Below, piece by piece: positions 42,224 through 52,298 of a DNA stretch of 64,000 bases. The translations under genes were made by a program, and so were the position numbers. The stretch spans positions 586 to 64,585 of the forward strand of contig CAMOGJ010000009.1 of assembly GCA_946614035.1 (NCBI GenBank), given 5' to 3'. Each line of letters begins with the position of its first letter. The stretch's first letter is position 1. The notes beneath the pieces were generated by a model, which saw only the letters and a list, made by a program, of their open reading frames with translations, was not told the origin of the DNA and did no database searches. This DNA is from an uncultured Clostridia bacterium (lineage in GTDB: Bacteria; Bacillota; Clostridia; Christensenellales; CAG-138).

Positions 42224-43750
42224 ATGAAGCGGATCATCGTTTTCCTTTTGGCATCGGCAATGCTGATCGCCTGCGTACCCACGCCGGAAACGGAGTTTGT
42301 GACGCACAAGGATACGGAGGAAATGATCGAAAAGGCGTCCGGTACACAGTCCGCGACCGCTGCGGATGGGGAAGGGCTGCCCGCGTCATCCGTTCGCGTG
42401 CAGTACGGATTTCCGGACGATTGGGTCGAGACGTTCACCGAGGGCGACGGGCATTTCACCGTGCGGATCGACGCGCCTGTGGAGGTGCCGGACGCATCCG
42501 CGGTGCCGATTGTGCGTGTGGAGCGCGGAACGTTCGATCCGGCCGTGGTGAAGCGCATGTTCGACACGCTGACCGCCGGACACACGCTGGTACTGCGCAA
42601 TCGGGTAATGACGAAAACCGAGATCGCCAATCTGATCGCGCATCTTCAAAACGAGCTCGGCGATCCGGATTCCGATCTTGACGAAGGGGACCGCGCCTGG
42701 TTTACGGAACAGATCGAACAGCTTAAGGCGCAGTATCCGGATGCGCCGGATACAAAGGACGAGCCGATTGCGGACGGAACGATCCGTCCCATCCCTCTGA
42801 TTTCAAGCAAGACCGGCGAGGTCGTGTATCTGCGGTACGGCTTTGAGGCGATCACGCCGGATATCACGCCCGATACAATACCCGAATCGTTTTCGGTGGT
42901 CATTCCGGACTTTGCCGACGCGGGGCGTTATGACGAGGAGTACGGCTACGGCGGCGGCGACGCGAAAATGGGGTACATGAATCCGCGCTCCCTGCTCACC
43001 GGCAACGACTATGATACCAAGGTGCTGCTTCGCGATCCCGCCGATCCGAAAGAGCTCGCCGCCTATCCGCAGGTCACCTATCTGCCTAAGCAGGCGATCG
43101 CGGACGCGGAAGCGTTTTTGTCCTCCGTGGGACTGGATCGCTATAAGGCCGACCGCGTCGCATTTCTGCCCGACAAGGACAGCGACGCATACGGCTACTG
43201 CATCTTTTGCGTGCCGACCGTTGCGGGCGTGAAGGGAACGTCGCTTTGGATGGGAACGTGGCCGAAGAGCGACGTCGTCGCTCCGCCGTGGGACTACGAG
43301 TTTATGCGGCTTTGCATCGACGAGCAGGGCGTTTACGCACTGTTTTGGTACGCGCCGCTGAAGGAAAAAGAAACCGTGCTGCCCTCCGCGACACTGCTGC
43401 CGTTTGAGAAGATCATGGAGATCTTCCGCAAGTATGTGTGGATCAAGGAGAAGCCGTGGCTTATTCTCGACGAATCCATCGTGATCGAACAGGATTATCC
43501 GTCCGATATGGTCGTGACGATAGACCGGATCACGCTGTCTCTGCAGCGCGTGATGGAGCCGAACTCGTTCGACACGGCGCTGCTCGTCCCGGTGTGGAAC
43601 TTTTGGGGCACGGAAACCACGACGCGCACCGACCTGAAAACGCGGCAAACGACCGAAGAACCCGGCAGTACGTCGCCGTGGCCGCCGACGCCGATCCTGA
43701 CGATCAACGCAATCGACGGAAGCGTGATCGATCTGCTGGCGGGGTATTGA
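42224..43750 (+). CDS. Lipoprotein of unknown function
   Basis: Start at MKRIIVFLLASAMLIAC (lipobox), 508 aa. No catalytic motif recognised. Preceded by direct-repeat site A. Confidence 0.65.
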   Translation: MKRIIVFLLASAMLIACVPTPETEFVTHKDTEEMIEKASGTQSATAADGEGLPASSVRVQYGFPDDWVETFTEGDGHFTVRIDAPVEVPDASAVPIVRVERGTFDPAVVKRMFDTLTAGHTLVLRNRVMTKTEIANLIAHLQNELGDPDSDLDEGDRAWFTEQIEQLKAQYPDAPDTKDEPIADGTIRPIPLISSKTGEVVYLRYGFEAITPDITPDTIPESFSVVIPDFADAGRYDEEYGYGGGDAKMGYMNPRSLLTGNDYDTKVLLRDPADPKELAAYPQVTYLPKQAIADAEAFLSSVGLDRYKADRVAFLPDKDSDAYGYCIFCVPTVAGVKGTSLWMGTWPKSDVVAPPWDYEFMRLCIDEQGVYALFWYAPLKEKETVLPSATLLPFEKIMEIFRKYVWIKEKPWLILDESIVIEQDYPSDMVVTIDRITLSLQRVMEPNSFDTALLVPVWNFWGTETTTRTDLKTRQTTEEPGSTSPWPPTPILTINAIDGSVIDLLAGY

Positions 43751-43811
43751 GATGCGCAGCCGGCCGGCGGATTGCGCGACTCGCGCAAAAATCGACGGCG
43801 AGGCAACGATT

Positions 43812-43843
43812 TTACAACTCTGTTACAACTCCTATGGTATAAT
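43812..43843 (+). promoter_or_regulatory. Two 11-bp direct repeats (TTACAACTCTG, TTACAACTCCT) abutting a TGgTATAAT -10: site B
   Basis: Repeats at 43812 and 43823. TATAAT at 43838-43843. The repeats occupy the -35 position. Confidence 0.6.
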
Positions 43844-44029
43844 ACCGCCGAAGGCGCAGTTCCGCAGACGATTGGTAACGCAGCGGAGGCGCAGCGAACG
43901 CGTTTACAAGTGAGCAGCCACAGCAAGTGAGATCGGCTGCGGAGAGGAGGAAACGGCAAAGCAGGCGAAGCACGGATGAAGATGCGAAGCATGATCATCC
44001 GTGTGAGCAAAGCGAAGCCGGTTACGACG

Positions 44030-44683
44030 ATGGCACGAATTTTGATTTTGGAGGACGAGCGCGCGATCAACGATCTCATCGCGCTGAATCTCAATATGGT
44101 CGGGCATACGCCGGTGCAGGCGTTTACCGGCAAGGAAGCGCTGGCGCTTGCGGCGCATGAATCGTTTGATCTGCTGCTGCTCGACGTGATGCTGCCGGAC
44201 ACCGACGGCTTTTCCGTGTACGAAAAGCTGAAGGGCACGCCCGCGATCTTCCTTACCGCGCTCAGCGAGACGGCGGACAAGGTCAAGGGCTTTGAGCGCG
44301 GCGCGGACGATTACATCGTCAAGCCGTTCGAGATGACGGAATTGCTTCTGCGCATCGAGGCGGTCCTGCGGCGCACGCAAAGGAGCGAGGAGCATTACCG
44401 GCTCGGCAGCATGGACATCGACTTTGTCGCAAAGTCCGTGACGATCGACGGCAAGCCCGTCGATCTGACGATGCAGGAATACGCGCTGCTCGAAGTGCTC
44501 GTCAAGAACCGCAACATCGCGCTGTCGCGGCAGAAGCTGATGAAGGAGGCGTGGGACATCTCGTTCATGGGCGAATCGCGCACGGTCGACGTGCACGTGC
44601 AGCGCCTTCGTAAGAAGCTCGGGCTCGGCGATCACATCGCCACGCTGTACCGGTTCGGCTACCGGTTCGAGGAACAGCCGTGA
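44030..44683 (+). CDS. OmpR/PhoB-family response regulator
   Basis: MARILILEDE..LLLLDVMLPDTDG receiver domain and a winged-helix C-terminus (RTVDVHVQRLRKKL..YRFGYRF). Start uncertain: in-frame ATGs at 43976, 43982 and 43991, none with a good SD. Confidence 0.85.
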   Translation: MARILILEDERAINDLIALNLNMVGHTPVQAFTGKEALALAAHESFDLLLLDVMLPDTDGFSVYEKLKGTPAIFLTALSETADKVKGFERGADDYIVKPFEMTELLLRIEAVLRRTQRSEEHYRLGSMDIDFVAKSVTIDGKPVDLTMQEYALLEVLVKNRNIALSRQKLMKEAWDISFMGESRTVDVHVQRLRKKLGLGDHIATLYRFGYRFEEQP

Positions 44684-45795
44684 AACTGCGTCAAAAAAGC
44701 TATCTTTTGACGGTCCTTCTGATCACGCTCGTGCTGCACGCGAGCGTGCTGTTCGTGCTGCTTCCGAACATCCGCATGACGGTCTCGTCCGCCGAGGCGC
44801 GCGCGCTCGGCGAGGAAAAGGCGCTTGCGCTCGCTGCCGACCGGCTGTTCGAGGATGTGGCGGTGGAGGACCGCCCGATCTATGCGCGCGCGTTTTCGAT
44901 CTACGACAGCGGCGGTGCGACGTTCGCGATCGGTTCCGGCGACGCGACATGGGTGCTGGTCGAACCGGCGCCTCCCGTGATCGAGACGGGCAGAATCCGC
45001 TGGATCGAGCAGGACGGTCGCACGCTGCTGACGATCGCGGACACGCTGTCCGACGGGATCTGGCTGCGCTATGCGCTCGACGAGACCGCGACGATCCGGC
45101 GGCTGAAGTGGCAGTCGATCGGCGCGGCGCTGCTCTGCACGGCGCTGACCGCGGCGATCGCCGCGGCGCTGTACATCATTCAGGAGCGCGTGTACCGGCC
45201 GATCGACCGCCTCGCGCACGAACTGCGCACGCCGCTGACGGTGATCCGCGGCTACGGCGAGCTGCTCGAACGCACCAAGCTGACGCCGGAGCAGCAGCAT
45301 ACGGCGGCGGGGTATATCGTCGCGGAGAGCGAACGGCTCGGCGAGATCTCGCAAAAGCTTTTGACCATGTCGGACGCGCGCACGCGCGCATACCGGCCGG
45401 AGCGCGTCGATCTGCATGCGATCGCGGCGCATCTTAAAAACACCTATCCGACGCTCAATTGCGAGATCGGCTGCGACACGATGACCGCCGACCGCGCGCT
45501 GCTGCTTTCGATGCTGGGCAATCTGATCGGCAATGCGGTCAAGGCATCGGCGGCGGGCAGCCCCGTTCAAATGCGCATCGAGCCGGGCATGATCGAAATC
45601 ACCGATCGCGGCAGGGGCATGAACGCGCAGCATCTCGCGTACGTCAACGACCCGTCGCATGCCAGAAATCCGAGCATCCGCAGCGGGCTCGGCGTACCGC
45701 TCTGCCACGAGATCGCCGCCCTGCACGGCGCGACGCTCCGGTTCACCTCCGTCGAGGGCGAGGGAACGACGGCGACGGTGCTTTTTACAAGTTAG
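44680..45795 (+). CDS. Sensor histidine kinase
   Basis: GTG start overlaps the regulator's stop. Two TM segments. H-box AHELRTPLTVIRGY, N-box GNLIGNAVKA, G-boxes DRGRGM and GLGVPL. Confidence 0.85.
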   Translation: MKLRQKSYLLTVLLITLVLHASVLFVLLPNIRMTVSSAEARALGEEKALALAADRLFEDVAVEDRPIYARAFSIYDSGGATFAIGSGDATWVLVEPAPPVIETGRIRWIEQDGRTLLTIADTLSDGIWLRYALDETATIRRLKWQSIGAALLCTALTAAIAAALYIIQERVYRPIDRLAHELRTPLTVIRGYGELLERTKLTPEQQHTAAGYIVAESERLGEISQKLLTMSDARTRAYRPERVDLHAIAAHLKNTYPTLNCEIGCDTMTADRALLLSMLGNLIGNAVKASAAGSPVQMRIEPGMIEITDRGRGMNAQHLAYVNDPSHARNPSIRSGLGVPLCHEIAALHGATLRFTSVEGEGTTATVLFTS

Positions 45796-45838
45796 AAACA
45801 AGTCTGTGAAGACTCCGTTACAAGTTCCGTGATACGAT
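45785..45838 (+). promoter_or_regulatory. Four 11-bp phased repeats (TTACAAGTTAG, AAACAAGTCTG, TGAAGACTCCG, TTACAAGTTCC) abutting a TGaTACGAT -10: site C
   Basis: Phased at 45785, 45796, 45807 and 45818. The 4-nt gap to the -10 hexamer matches site B. The first repeat overlaps the kinase stop codon. Confidence 0.55.
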
Positions 45839-45864
45839 GGGTGCGCAGAAAGGAGGCAGAAGCC

Positions 45865-47370
45865 ATGAAACCGTTTTTTCAAAAGAATAAGATTCTGTTG
45901 CTCACGCTTGCCGCCGTGCTCTGTTTCGGCATCCTGTTCGGGCTCATGATCGGCGGCACGATCCGCCTGTCCGAGGGGACCCGAATGTTCACCACCGTCG
46001 CGGACGCAAAGGAGGAGGCAGCCGGAGCGCAGCAGGCGGTCGTCCCGCACCGTCCGGAACCGACGGCAACGCCCGAGCCGGAGCACTTGCGGCTCAGCGC
46101 GGACCAGGTGCGGCAGATCACCGATGCGGTGCGATCGCGCAGAGAGCGCGTCATTCCGGTCCGTTCGAACATCTTGCCGATGCAGAACGCTTTCCTGTGG
46201 ACGGAAACCGTCGCCTCGGCGGAGCAGACGAAGCGCGCATGCGAGGCGGCGCAATCGCTGACCCGGCTGCTGTTCGGGCAAACCTATCGGGAGCTGACCG
46301 GATACGATGCGGAAGACGCGAAGGTGTATCTGTATACCGACCTTTCGGGCGAACGCGAGCCGTTTTTGCGCATCATGGATCCGGATCGCGTGTATGAACT
46401 GACCGTCCGCGAGGCGGACCTCGGTCTGATCAACGCCGACCTTCTCGTCTATCCGGACGGTCCTTCGGACGATTTTGAGAAGGACAGCATCGCGATCGCA
46501 CAAGCGCTCGGCTGCAACGCGCGGTATCTGCGCCGCGATTCCGGCATCTTCGGCGAGCAGATCTATGAGTTCAAGACCGATACGGAGGTCTGCCTGACGT
46601 TCTCGTACATCGGCAACCGGCTGTGGCAGGTCGCGGTGCATCCGTCGCAGCAGGCGATGAACGAGTGCGAATACTTCGCGGTCGACATTCAGCTTGACTA
46701 TCGGACGCCCGCGTACCCCGAAGCGTTCGTCGAAGCCGATCCGCCCGCAAGAAACGGGCAGGGACTCGTCAAAGGAAAGGTGGAAACGGCGCTGAAGCGC
46801 TTCTATCGCGGATTGACCGGCGAAACGCTGAACACCGGTGAACTGACCTTCCGCTTCCTGCGCGACGAGAGCGGCGCAAGGGAGGACTGCTGGGAGATCA
46901 CCGGCACCGACCTAAACTTTGTGATTTCCGCGTACTCGGGCGACGTCATTTCCTTCCGCGGCAGGATCCCGTGCAAGGACCTCATCGAGATCCCGTACGA
47001 GCAAATGGGCGGGACGGAATATGAGGCGGTGATGGAGCTGTTCGGACGAACCGTGATCGAATCGTTCGGAACGTACCTCGGGCTTTCGGAGGAGAAAAAG
47101 ACCGGGAAGATCGGTGTGAACGCCGTTTGCGACGGGCATTGCTGTACGATGGATATCGAATGCGCGGACGGCACGATCTATGAGTGTTATTTCGAGGACG
47201 GTGTTTTAGCGGAAATCTGGCACTTCGCAAACGAAGCGCTGTTCATGGAATCCCCGTCCGGCTGGGTCGCGGATGCGGTCTACCTGCACAGCGTGACCGG
47301 CAAGCCGTATATTCCGAACTACCGCGACTGGGACGGCGATCTGCATGTGCGACAGCGTCCGCAAAACTGA
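45865..47370 (+). CDS. Membrane-anchored extracytoplasmic protein of unknown function
   Basis: Start at MKPFFQKNKILLLTLAAVLCFGILFGLMIGG after AAGGAGG. 501 aa. Preceded by direct-repeat site C. Confidence 0.65.
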   Translation: MKPFFQKNKILLLTLAAVLCFGILFGLMIGGTIRLSEGTRMFTTVADAKEEAAGAQQAVVPHRPEPTATPEPEHLRLSADQVRQITDAVRSRRERVIPVRSNILPMQNAFLWTETVASAEQTKRACEAAQSLTRLLFGQTYRELTGYDAEDAKVYLYTDLSGEREPFLRIMDPDRVYELTVREADLGLINADLLVYPDGPSDDFEKDSIAIAQALGCNARYLRRDSGIFGEQIYEFKTDTEVCLTFSYIGNRLWQVAVHPSQQAMNECEYFAVDIQLDYRTPAYPEAFVEADPPARNGQGLVKGKVETALKRFYRGLTGETLNTGELTFRFLRDESGAREDCWEITGTDLNFVISAYSGDVISFRGRIPCKDLIEIPYEQMGGTEYEAVMELFGRTVIESFGTYLGLSEEKKTGKIGVNAVCDGHCCTMDIECADGTIYECYFEDGVLAEIWHFANEALFMESPSGWVADAVYLHSVTGKPYIPNYRDWDGDLHVRQRPQN

Positions 47371-47381
47371 TAAAAAGCAAA

Positions 47382-47416
47382 ACAGGGACGGCAAGAATCT
47401 GCCATCCCTGTTTTTT
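47382..47416. terminator. Bidirectional intrinsic terminator
   Basis: ACAGGGACGGCA..TGCCATCCCTGT stem followed by T6, with an A-run upstream, between convergent genes. Confidence 0.7.
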
Positions 47417-47425
47417 GGTTTCGGA

Positions 47426-48403
47426 TCAAAGCATCGACTTTCGAAGCTGCTCGTGCGAAAGCGGCGAAAGGTCCGCCGGCGCGACGTCGAAGACCGTGAT
47501 GCAGCCGGTCTGTCCGCGCGATGCCATGCGCCCGAGCGCGCGAGAGAATGCGACGAGCACGTTCGCGGTGAACTCCGGATTGGAATCGAGCGAGAGGGAA
47601 TATTCGATCCGCTGCCTGTGCTCGCCGTTCCGTCCGGTCTTGCCGGTGCGGATCACAAATCCGCCGTGCGGCAGGGCGCTGTGCTCCGCCTGCATCTGTT
47701 CGGCGGTGATGAACGTGACCGTCGTATCGTAGTCGGCAAAATAGTTCGGCATTGTGACGATCGCCTGTTCGATCGCGCGCTTGTCCGCGCCCGGCTCGGC
47801 GACGACGTAGCATTCGCGCAGATGCTTCTGCCGCGCGGTCAGCTCCGGCTGCGCGCCGCTGCGCACCGCTTCGAGCGCCTCTTCGACCGGCACCGTGTAT
47901 TGGCGCGCGTCGAGCACGCCGGGAATGCGCCGGATCGCGTCGGAATGTCCCTGACTGACGCCGCGTCCCCAGAACGTATAGTCCTTGCCGTCGGGCAGGA
48001 TCGCGCTCGCATACAGGCGGTTCAGCGAAAACATGCCGGGGTCCCAGCCGCAGGAGATCAGCGCAAGCTTGCCGCCCGCCTTCGCCGCCGCATCGACCGC
48101 GTCGAAGTGCTGCGGGATGTTCGCGTGCGTATCGAAGCTGTCGATCACGCAAAAGTCCTTCGCAAGCATCGGGGTCAGTTCCGGCAGATCGGTCGCGCTG
48201 CCGCCGCACAGGATCACCGCGTCGATTTCGTCCTTGAACTGTGAGATCGTGTCCGCCGCGAACACCTTTGCGCCGGTTTTCGAAACGACCGTCGCCGGAT
48301 CGCGCCGCGTAAAGATGCCGACAAGCTCCATGTCGGGATTGCTTTGCATCGCCGCCTCCACGCCGCGTCCGAGGTTTCCGTATCCGTATATCGCAAGCTT
48401 CAT
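47426..48403 (-). CDS. ddh: meso-Diaminopimelate D-dehydrogenase
   Basis: Start at MKLAIYGYGNLGRGVE after AAGGAG. About 325 aa. WDPGMFS and FWGRGVSQGHSDAIRRIPGV are characteristic of Ddh. Confidence 0.85.
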   Translation of the reverse strand: MKLAIYGYGNLGRGVEAAMQSNPDMELVGIFTRRDPATVVSKTGAKVFAADTISQFKDEIDAVILCGGSATDLPELTPMLAKDFCVIDSFDTHANIPQHFDAVDAAAKAGGKLALISCGWDPGMFSLNRLYASAILPDGKDYTFWGRGVSQGHSDAIRRIPGVLDARQYTVPVEEALEAVRSGAQPELTARQKHLRECYVVAEPGADKRAIEQAIVTMPNYFADYDTTVTFITAEQMQAEHSALPHGGFVIRTGKTGRNGEHRQRIEYSLSLDSNPEFTANVLVAFSRALGRMASRGQTGCITVFDVAPADLSPLSHEQLRKSML

Positions 48404-48438
48404 ATGGTTCACTCCTTCGTTTTCAATCACACCGCAAT

Positions 48439-48466
48439 ATTATATATTATTTTCCGGATTTGTCAA
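48439..48466 (-). promoter_or_regulatory. ddh promoter (TTGACA-16-TATAAT)
   Basis: Minus-strand consensus hexamers at 48461-48466 and 48439-48444. Confidence 0.65.
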
Positions 48467-48476
48467 CTGCGGTTTG

Positions 48477-48504
48477 CAAAAAAAGAAGGGCCGAAAGAGC
48501 CCTT
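48477..48504 (-). terminator. Intrinsic terminator after pmbA-like gene
   Basis: Minus strand GAAGGGC-loop-GCCCTTC followed by T7. Confidence 0.6.
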
Positions 48505-48517
48505 CCAGACGGTTGTG

Positions 48518-49798
48518 TTATTCCGCATCCGTACCCGCGACGGCGACGTTTTTAAGAAGCATCGCGTACGGTCCGTCGTAGCCGATTTCGGTGTAGCGAT
48601 CGGTCGAGAACACGAGGTCCTTCTGCGCGTCAAGAATACTGCCGTTGATCGATCCGCCGGTGACGGGGATCAGCTTGCCGTCCTCGATCAGATACGCGAG
48701 GCGCAGTTCGCCGCCGAAGTGACCGGAAAAGCTGTCCATTTCAAAGCCGGAGAACGTGACTGCCCAGAGGCAGGGGCGCTTTTGCATGTCCGCAAAGGAC
48801 ATCGTGCCCGGATTGTCGCAGGAGAACTTGCGGTAATCGCCCGTCGGCTCTGCGCCGAGATAGCGGCAGAATCGGTTGCGCCCGTGAACGCTTTGCATGA
48901 CGCCGTTTTCGAGAAGCTTGCGGTCGCGCATCGGGATGCCTTCCGTTGAATACGGCGCAAGCGCACGCAGCGTGATCGTAACCCGTTCGCCGTTCGTGTC
49001 GCCCTGCACGTCGTCGCCGATCTTCCAGGTCGAATAGCCGGGGTAGATCATGTGCGCCGCCGCGCGGTCGCCGTAGAACCACAGCGTCTGCTTGACGTTT
49101 TCGCCGGTCAGAAGCAGATCGTACGTTCCGCTTTTCAGGATCTTTTGCGCATGCGCGCGGTCGCGCACGAACATCAGCGCTTCCTTGACCTTCTCCGTCA
49201 GCGCGTCGGTATTCAGCTCGGTATAGGCAAAGTCGCCGTACAGCTCCACGTCTTCCGGCTCCTTCGCCTGCACGACGAATTCACCGTTGACCTTTGCTTC
49301 GGTCCAGGAAACGTCCGTGCCGGGCGAGCTGATCACCTGCATATGCCTGCGGATGACGAAGATCTCCGCCGAGTTCAGAAACGCGCCGTTTTCGCAATCC
49401 GCCGCAAAGAGCGCTTTTGCCATGTCGCCGGCGCTTTGTTCGGGCGCCTGCTGCGCAAGCGCGCCGGTCGCTTCCCTGCACGGCGCGGCGACCGGATCGG
49501 GAAGGTCGTAGTACGGGTTCATCGCAAACTGCGCCGCGAAGTACGCGCCTTTGAACGCGTCGAGGATCTCCGCGTCGGTCATCGCGGCAAGCACCGTGAC
49601 GTCCGTCTGCGCGCGCAGCTTTTTGCCGTCCCGTTCGTCCGTGCGGAACACGGTCACAGCGTATTTTTCCACGTCCTTGATGCGGCGCGTATCGAGCTGC
49701 TTTTTCACAAAGAACAGTTCCGCCGTGCGCTCCTCCGTCCGGCAGACGATCCAGTCCGAAATGCCCGCTTCCCTTAACAGCCGTTTGATTCGTTCCAT
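48518..49798 (-). CDS. pmbA: TldE/PmbA-family metalloprotease partner subunit
   Basis: 426 aa, directly downstream of tldD. C-terminal GGSINGSILD-type motif. Lacks HExxxH, as expected for the PmbA partner. Confidence 0.75.
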   Translation of the reverse strand: MERIKRLLREAGISDWIVCRTEERTAELFFVKKQLDTRRIKDVEKYAVTVFRTDERDGKKLRAQTDVTVLAAMTDAEILDAFKGAYFAAQFAMNPYYDLPDPVAAPCREATGALAQQAPEQSAGDMAKALFAADCENGAFLNSAEIFVIRRHMQVISSPGTDVSWTEAKVNGEFVVQAKEPEDVELYGDFAYTELNTDALTEKVKEALMFVRDRAHAQKILKSGTYDLLLTGENVKQTLWFYGDRAAAHMIYPGYSTWKIGDDVQGDTNGERVTITLRALAPYSTEGIPMRDRKLLENGVMQSVHGRNRFCRYLGAEPTGDYRKFSCDNPGTMSFADMQKRPCLWAVTFSGFEMDSFSGHFGGELRLAYLIEDGKLIPVTGGSINGSILDAQKDLVFSTDRYTEIGYDGPYAMLLKNVAVAGTDAE

Positions 49799-49810
49799 CG
49801 GATTCCCTCC

Positions 49811-51220
49811 TTAACCGAGGCGGATGCGCGCCTTCATATACGCACCGCCATCCGAGACCTTGACCCATTCCTTATAGCCCTTGCCGCAGTAGCCGCCGCC
49901 TCCGAGCTCGACCTTGCCGCCCATCATCGAGACGGATTTCAGAAGATCCGGCACATAGCCCGTCAGAACGATCGGGGAGAAAACGCGTCCGGTCAGCTTT
50001 CCGTCCCTGATCTCGCGCGCGGTATTGACCATGCACTGGATGCCCCAGTTTTTCGGGTCCTCCATGCCGCTGGTCGGCTCTTCGAGATAGAACCCGTAGG
50101 GAATGGATGCGATCATTTCCTCCTTCGTGGCGCTGCCGCCCTCGAAGTACGTGTTCGTCATGCGCGTGTATGCCTTGCGCTCATAGCTCTCGCGGCGTCC
50201 GTTTCCGGTAGGCGCGACGCCGAGCCGCGCGGCGGAGAGCGCGTCGCACATGCCGCGGCGCAGAACGCCCTTGTCGATGATGACCGTGTCGCCGGTCAGC
50301 GTGCCTTCGTCGTCGAACGCCCAGGTCGCGCATTCGTCGACCGCCGAACCGTCGTGCATGGTGACGAGCGGACTTGCCACGTATTCGCCCATGAACTGCC
50401 GCGCCTGCGCGCGGTCCTTCACGAACATATCCATCTCCACGCCGTGCCCGAACGCCTCGTGCACGATCATGCCGGTGACCTCCGGATCGCAGACGCATTC
50501 GTATTCGCCCGGGATCATCGGTTCGGAGCGCAGCAGATCGTTGAGATTGCGGACCACATGATCGATGTCGCCTTCGACTTCCGTCAGAAGCTCCGCGCCG
50601 CCGAGCAGGGAATAGACCTTGTAGCTGTTTTTGATCTCTTCGCCGCGTGAACCGAGCGCGCCGACGGACGCGTTGGTCCACATATGGCTTTCGTCGAGAT
50701 CGCGATGCTCGGACAGAAAGATTTTGCGATCCGCGGAATAGACCACGCTGCAGGCGATATCCAGCACATTTTCGGCCTTCATACCCTTATCGCGGATGCG
50801 TCCGATCCGGTCGAGGATCGCTTCGTCGCCGAGCACGGCGGGGTCGATCTCAAACGTCGCTTCCTTTTTGAGCACGGCGGGCGAATCGTCCGGGATTGCC
50901 GTCGGCATCGGCGCGATTCCTTCGGGCAGAGCGGCGCGCTCGGCGTCGAGGCGCGTCTGCATTTGCTGCACGATTTCGGGGATCATCTGCTCGGAAAACG
51001 CGTTGATCGAGTATTCCGCGCAGCCGGTTTTGTCGAAAACGCGGATCACAAAGCCGTAGCCGCCGTCGCCCTCGGATGTGATCGAGATGCCGTTCTTCGA
51101 AACGCGCCACATGCGGTAGCGTTCGTCGGTCGCAAGCACCGAGGCGTAGGCGAACCGTTCCCGCAGCGCGGCGATCAGTTTTCGCAATGCGGGCTTTACC
51201 GCATCCAGCCGTTCAAACAT
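49811..51220 (-). CDS. tldD: TldD-family metalloprotease
   Basis: 469 aa. HEAFGHGVEMD (HExxxH) and a C-terminal GGGYCGKG-type glycine-rich motif. Confidence 0.85.
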   Translation of the reverse strand: MFERLDAVKPALRKLIAALRERFAYASVLATDERYRMWRVSKNGISITSEGDGGYGFVIRVFDKTGCAEYSINAFSEQMIPEIVQQMQTRLDAERAALPEGIAPMPTAIPDDSPAVLKKEATFEIDPAVLGDEAILDRIGRIRDKGMKAENVLDIACSVVYSADRKIFLSEHRDLDESHMWTNASVGALGSRGEEIKNSYKVYSLLGGAELLTEVEGDIDHVVRNLNDLLRSEPMIPGEYECVCDPEVTGMIVHEAFGHGVEMDMFVKDRAQARQFMGEYVASPLVTMHDGSAVDECATWAFDDEGTLTGDTVIIDKGVLRRGMCDALSAARLGVAPTGNGRRESYERKAYTRMTNTYFEGGSATKEEMIASIPYGFYLEEPTSGMEDPKNWGIQCMVNTAREIRDGKLTGRVFSPIVLTGYVPDLLKSVSMMGGKVELGGGGYCGKGYKEWVKVSDGGAYMKARIRLG

Positions 51221-51234
51221 GGTCGTTCTCCTTT

Positions 51235-52179
51235 TCAGTCGATTTTATAGAGCTGACGGTTGTCGAGCGCCCAGAGCCGCTCGGAGAATCCGTCGGTCGA
51301 AACGCCGTCCAAAGCGGCGTCCATTTCGTACATCTTGCTGTCCAGAAGGTCGCAGATGGACAGCACCTCCGCTTCGGGGAACATCGGAAGCCGCGGGCTG
51401 CCGAACTCCGGCTTGCCGTGGTGCGACAGGATCATATGTTCGAGGAGCATCGCGGTCTTGGGCGAGATCATCGTGATCTCCGCCGCCGCGGCGATCATCG
51501 CCATGCCGACGTTGATGTGCCCCAGAAGCTGTCCCTCGTTCGTGTATGCGCCGGCGATGCCCAGCACGTTTGCGTCGAGCTCCTTGATCTTGCCGATGTC
51601 GTGCAGGATCGCGCCCGCAAACAGCAGGTCCTTGTGCAGCGAGGGGTACAGCCCGGCGATGTGCTGCGCAAGGTGCAGCACCGAGCAGGTGTGATGCAGC
51701 AGACCGCCGCGCGTCGCGTGATGGAGCTTGACGCCGGCGGGGAACAGCAGAAGCTGCTCGCGGTTTTCGCGCAGCAGGTACTGCACGATGCGCTTGAGGT
51801 CCTCATCCTTGAACGCCGCCGCGGTATTGTACAGCTCGTCGTACATGTCCTGCGGATCGAACGGCGCGCAGGGGATGATGGCGCTCATATCGACGCGGTC
51901 GTCCGGCGTCGCCTTGCGGATGCGGTCGATCTTGAACTGTTCGGTGTCCTTCCACACCTGCACCGTGCCGCGCACCTTGACGATGTCATTCGCGTCGAAC
52001 TCGCCGTAGGTCAGCCGCGCGTAGTTCCAAAGCTTTGCGACGCACTCGCCCTCGGAATCGGCGAGCACCATATCGAGATACTCGCTGCCCTTGACGTCCG
52101 TGCGCACCGCGGCGCTCTTTACAAGGCAGAATCCTTCGGTCGTGCCGAAGGCGTCTTTAATCAATCGCATTTTTCCCAT
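51235..52179 (-). CDS. yhaM: 3'-5' exoribonuclease YhaM (OB-fold + HD domain)
   Basis: 314 aa. N-terminal OB fold (GSEYLDMVLADSEGECVAKLWNY) and HD motifs LHHATRGGLLHHT and AILHDIGK. Confidence 0.8.
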   Translation of the reverse strand: MGKMRLIKDAFGTTEGFCLVKSAAVRTDVKGSEYLDMVLADSEGECVAKLWNYARLTYGEFDANDIVKVRGTVQVWKDTEQFKIDRIRKATPDDRVDMSAIIPCAPFDPQDMYDELYNTAAAFKDEDLKRIVQYLLRENREQLLLFPAGVKLHHATRGGLLHHTCSVLHLAQHIAGLYPSLHKDLLFAGAILHDIGKIKELDANVLGIAGAYTNEGQLLGHINVGMAMIAAAAEITMISPKTAMLLEHMILSHHGKPEFGSPRLPMFPEAEVLSICDLLDSKMYEMDAALDGVSTDGFSERLWALDNRQLYKID

Positions 52180-52298
52180 GGTTCAATCCCTCCTGATGCA
52201 TTCAGTATAACAGAGTCGAACGGAAATTTCCACTATCCGTTGTGTAAAATGCAAAGTTATGGTATACTGTTTTGTCGAATCCGACGGAGTATACGAAT

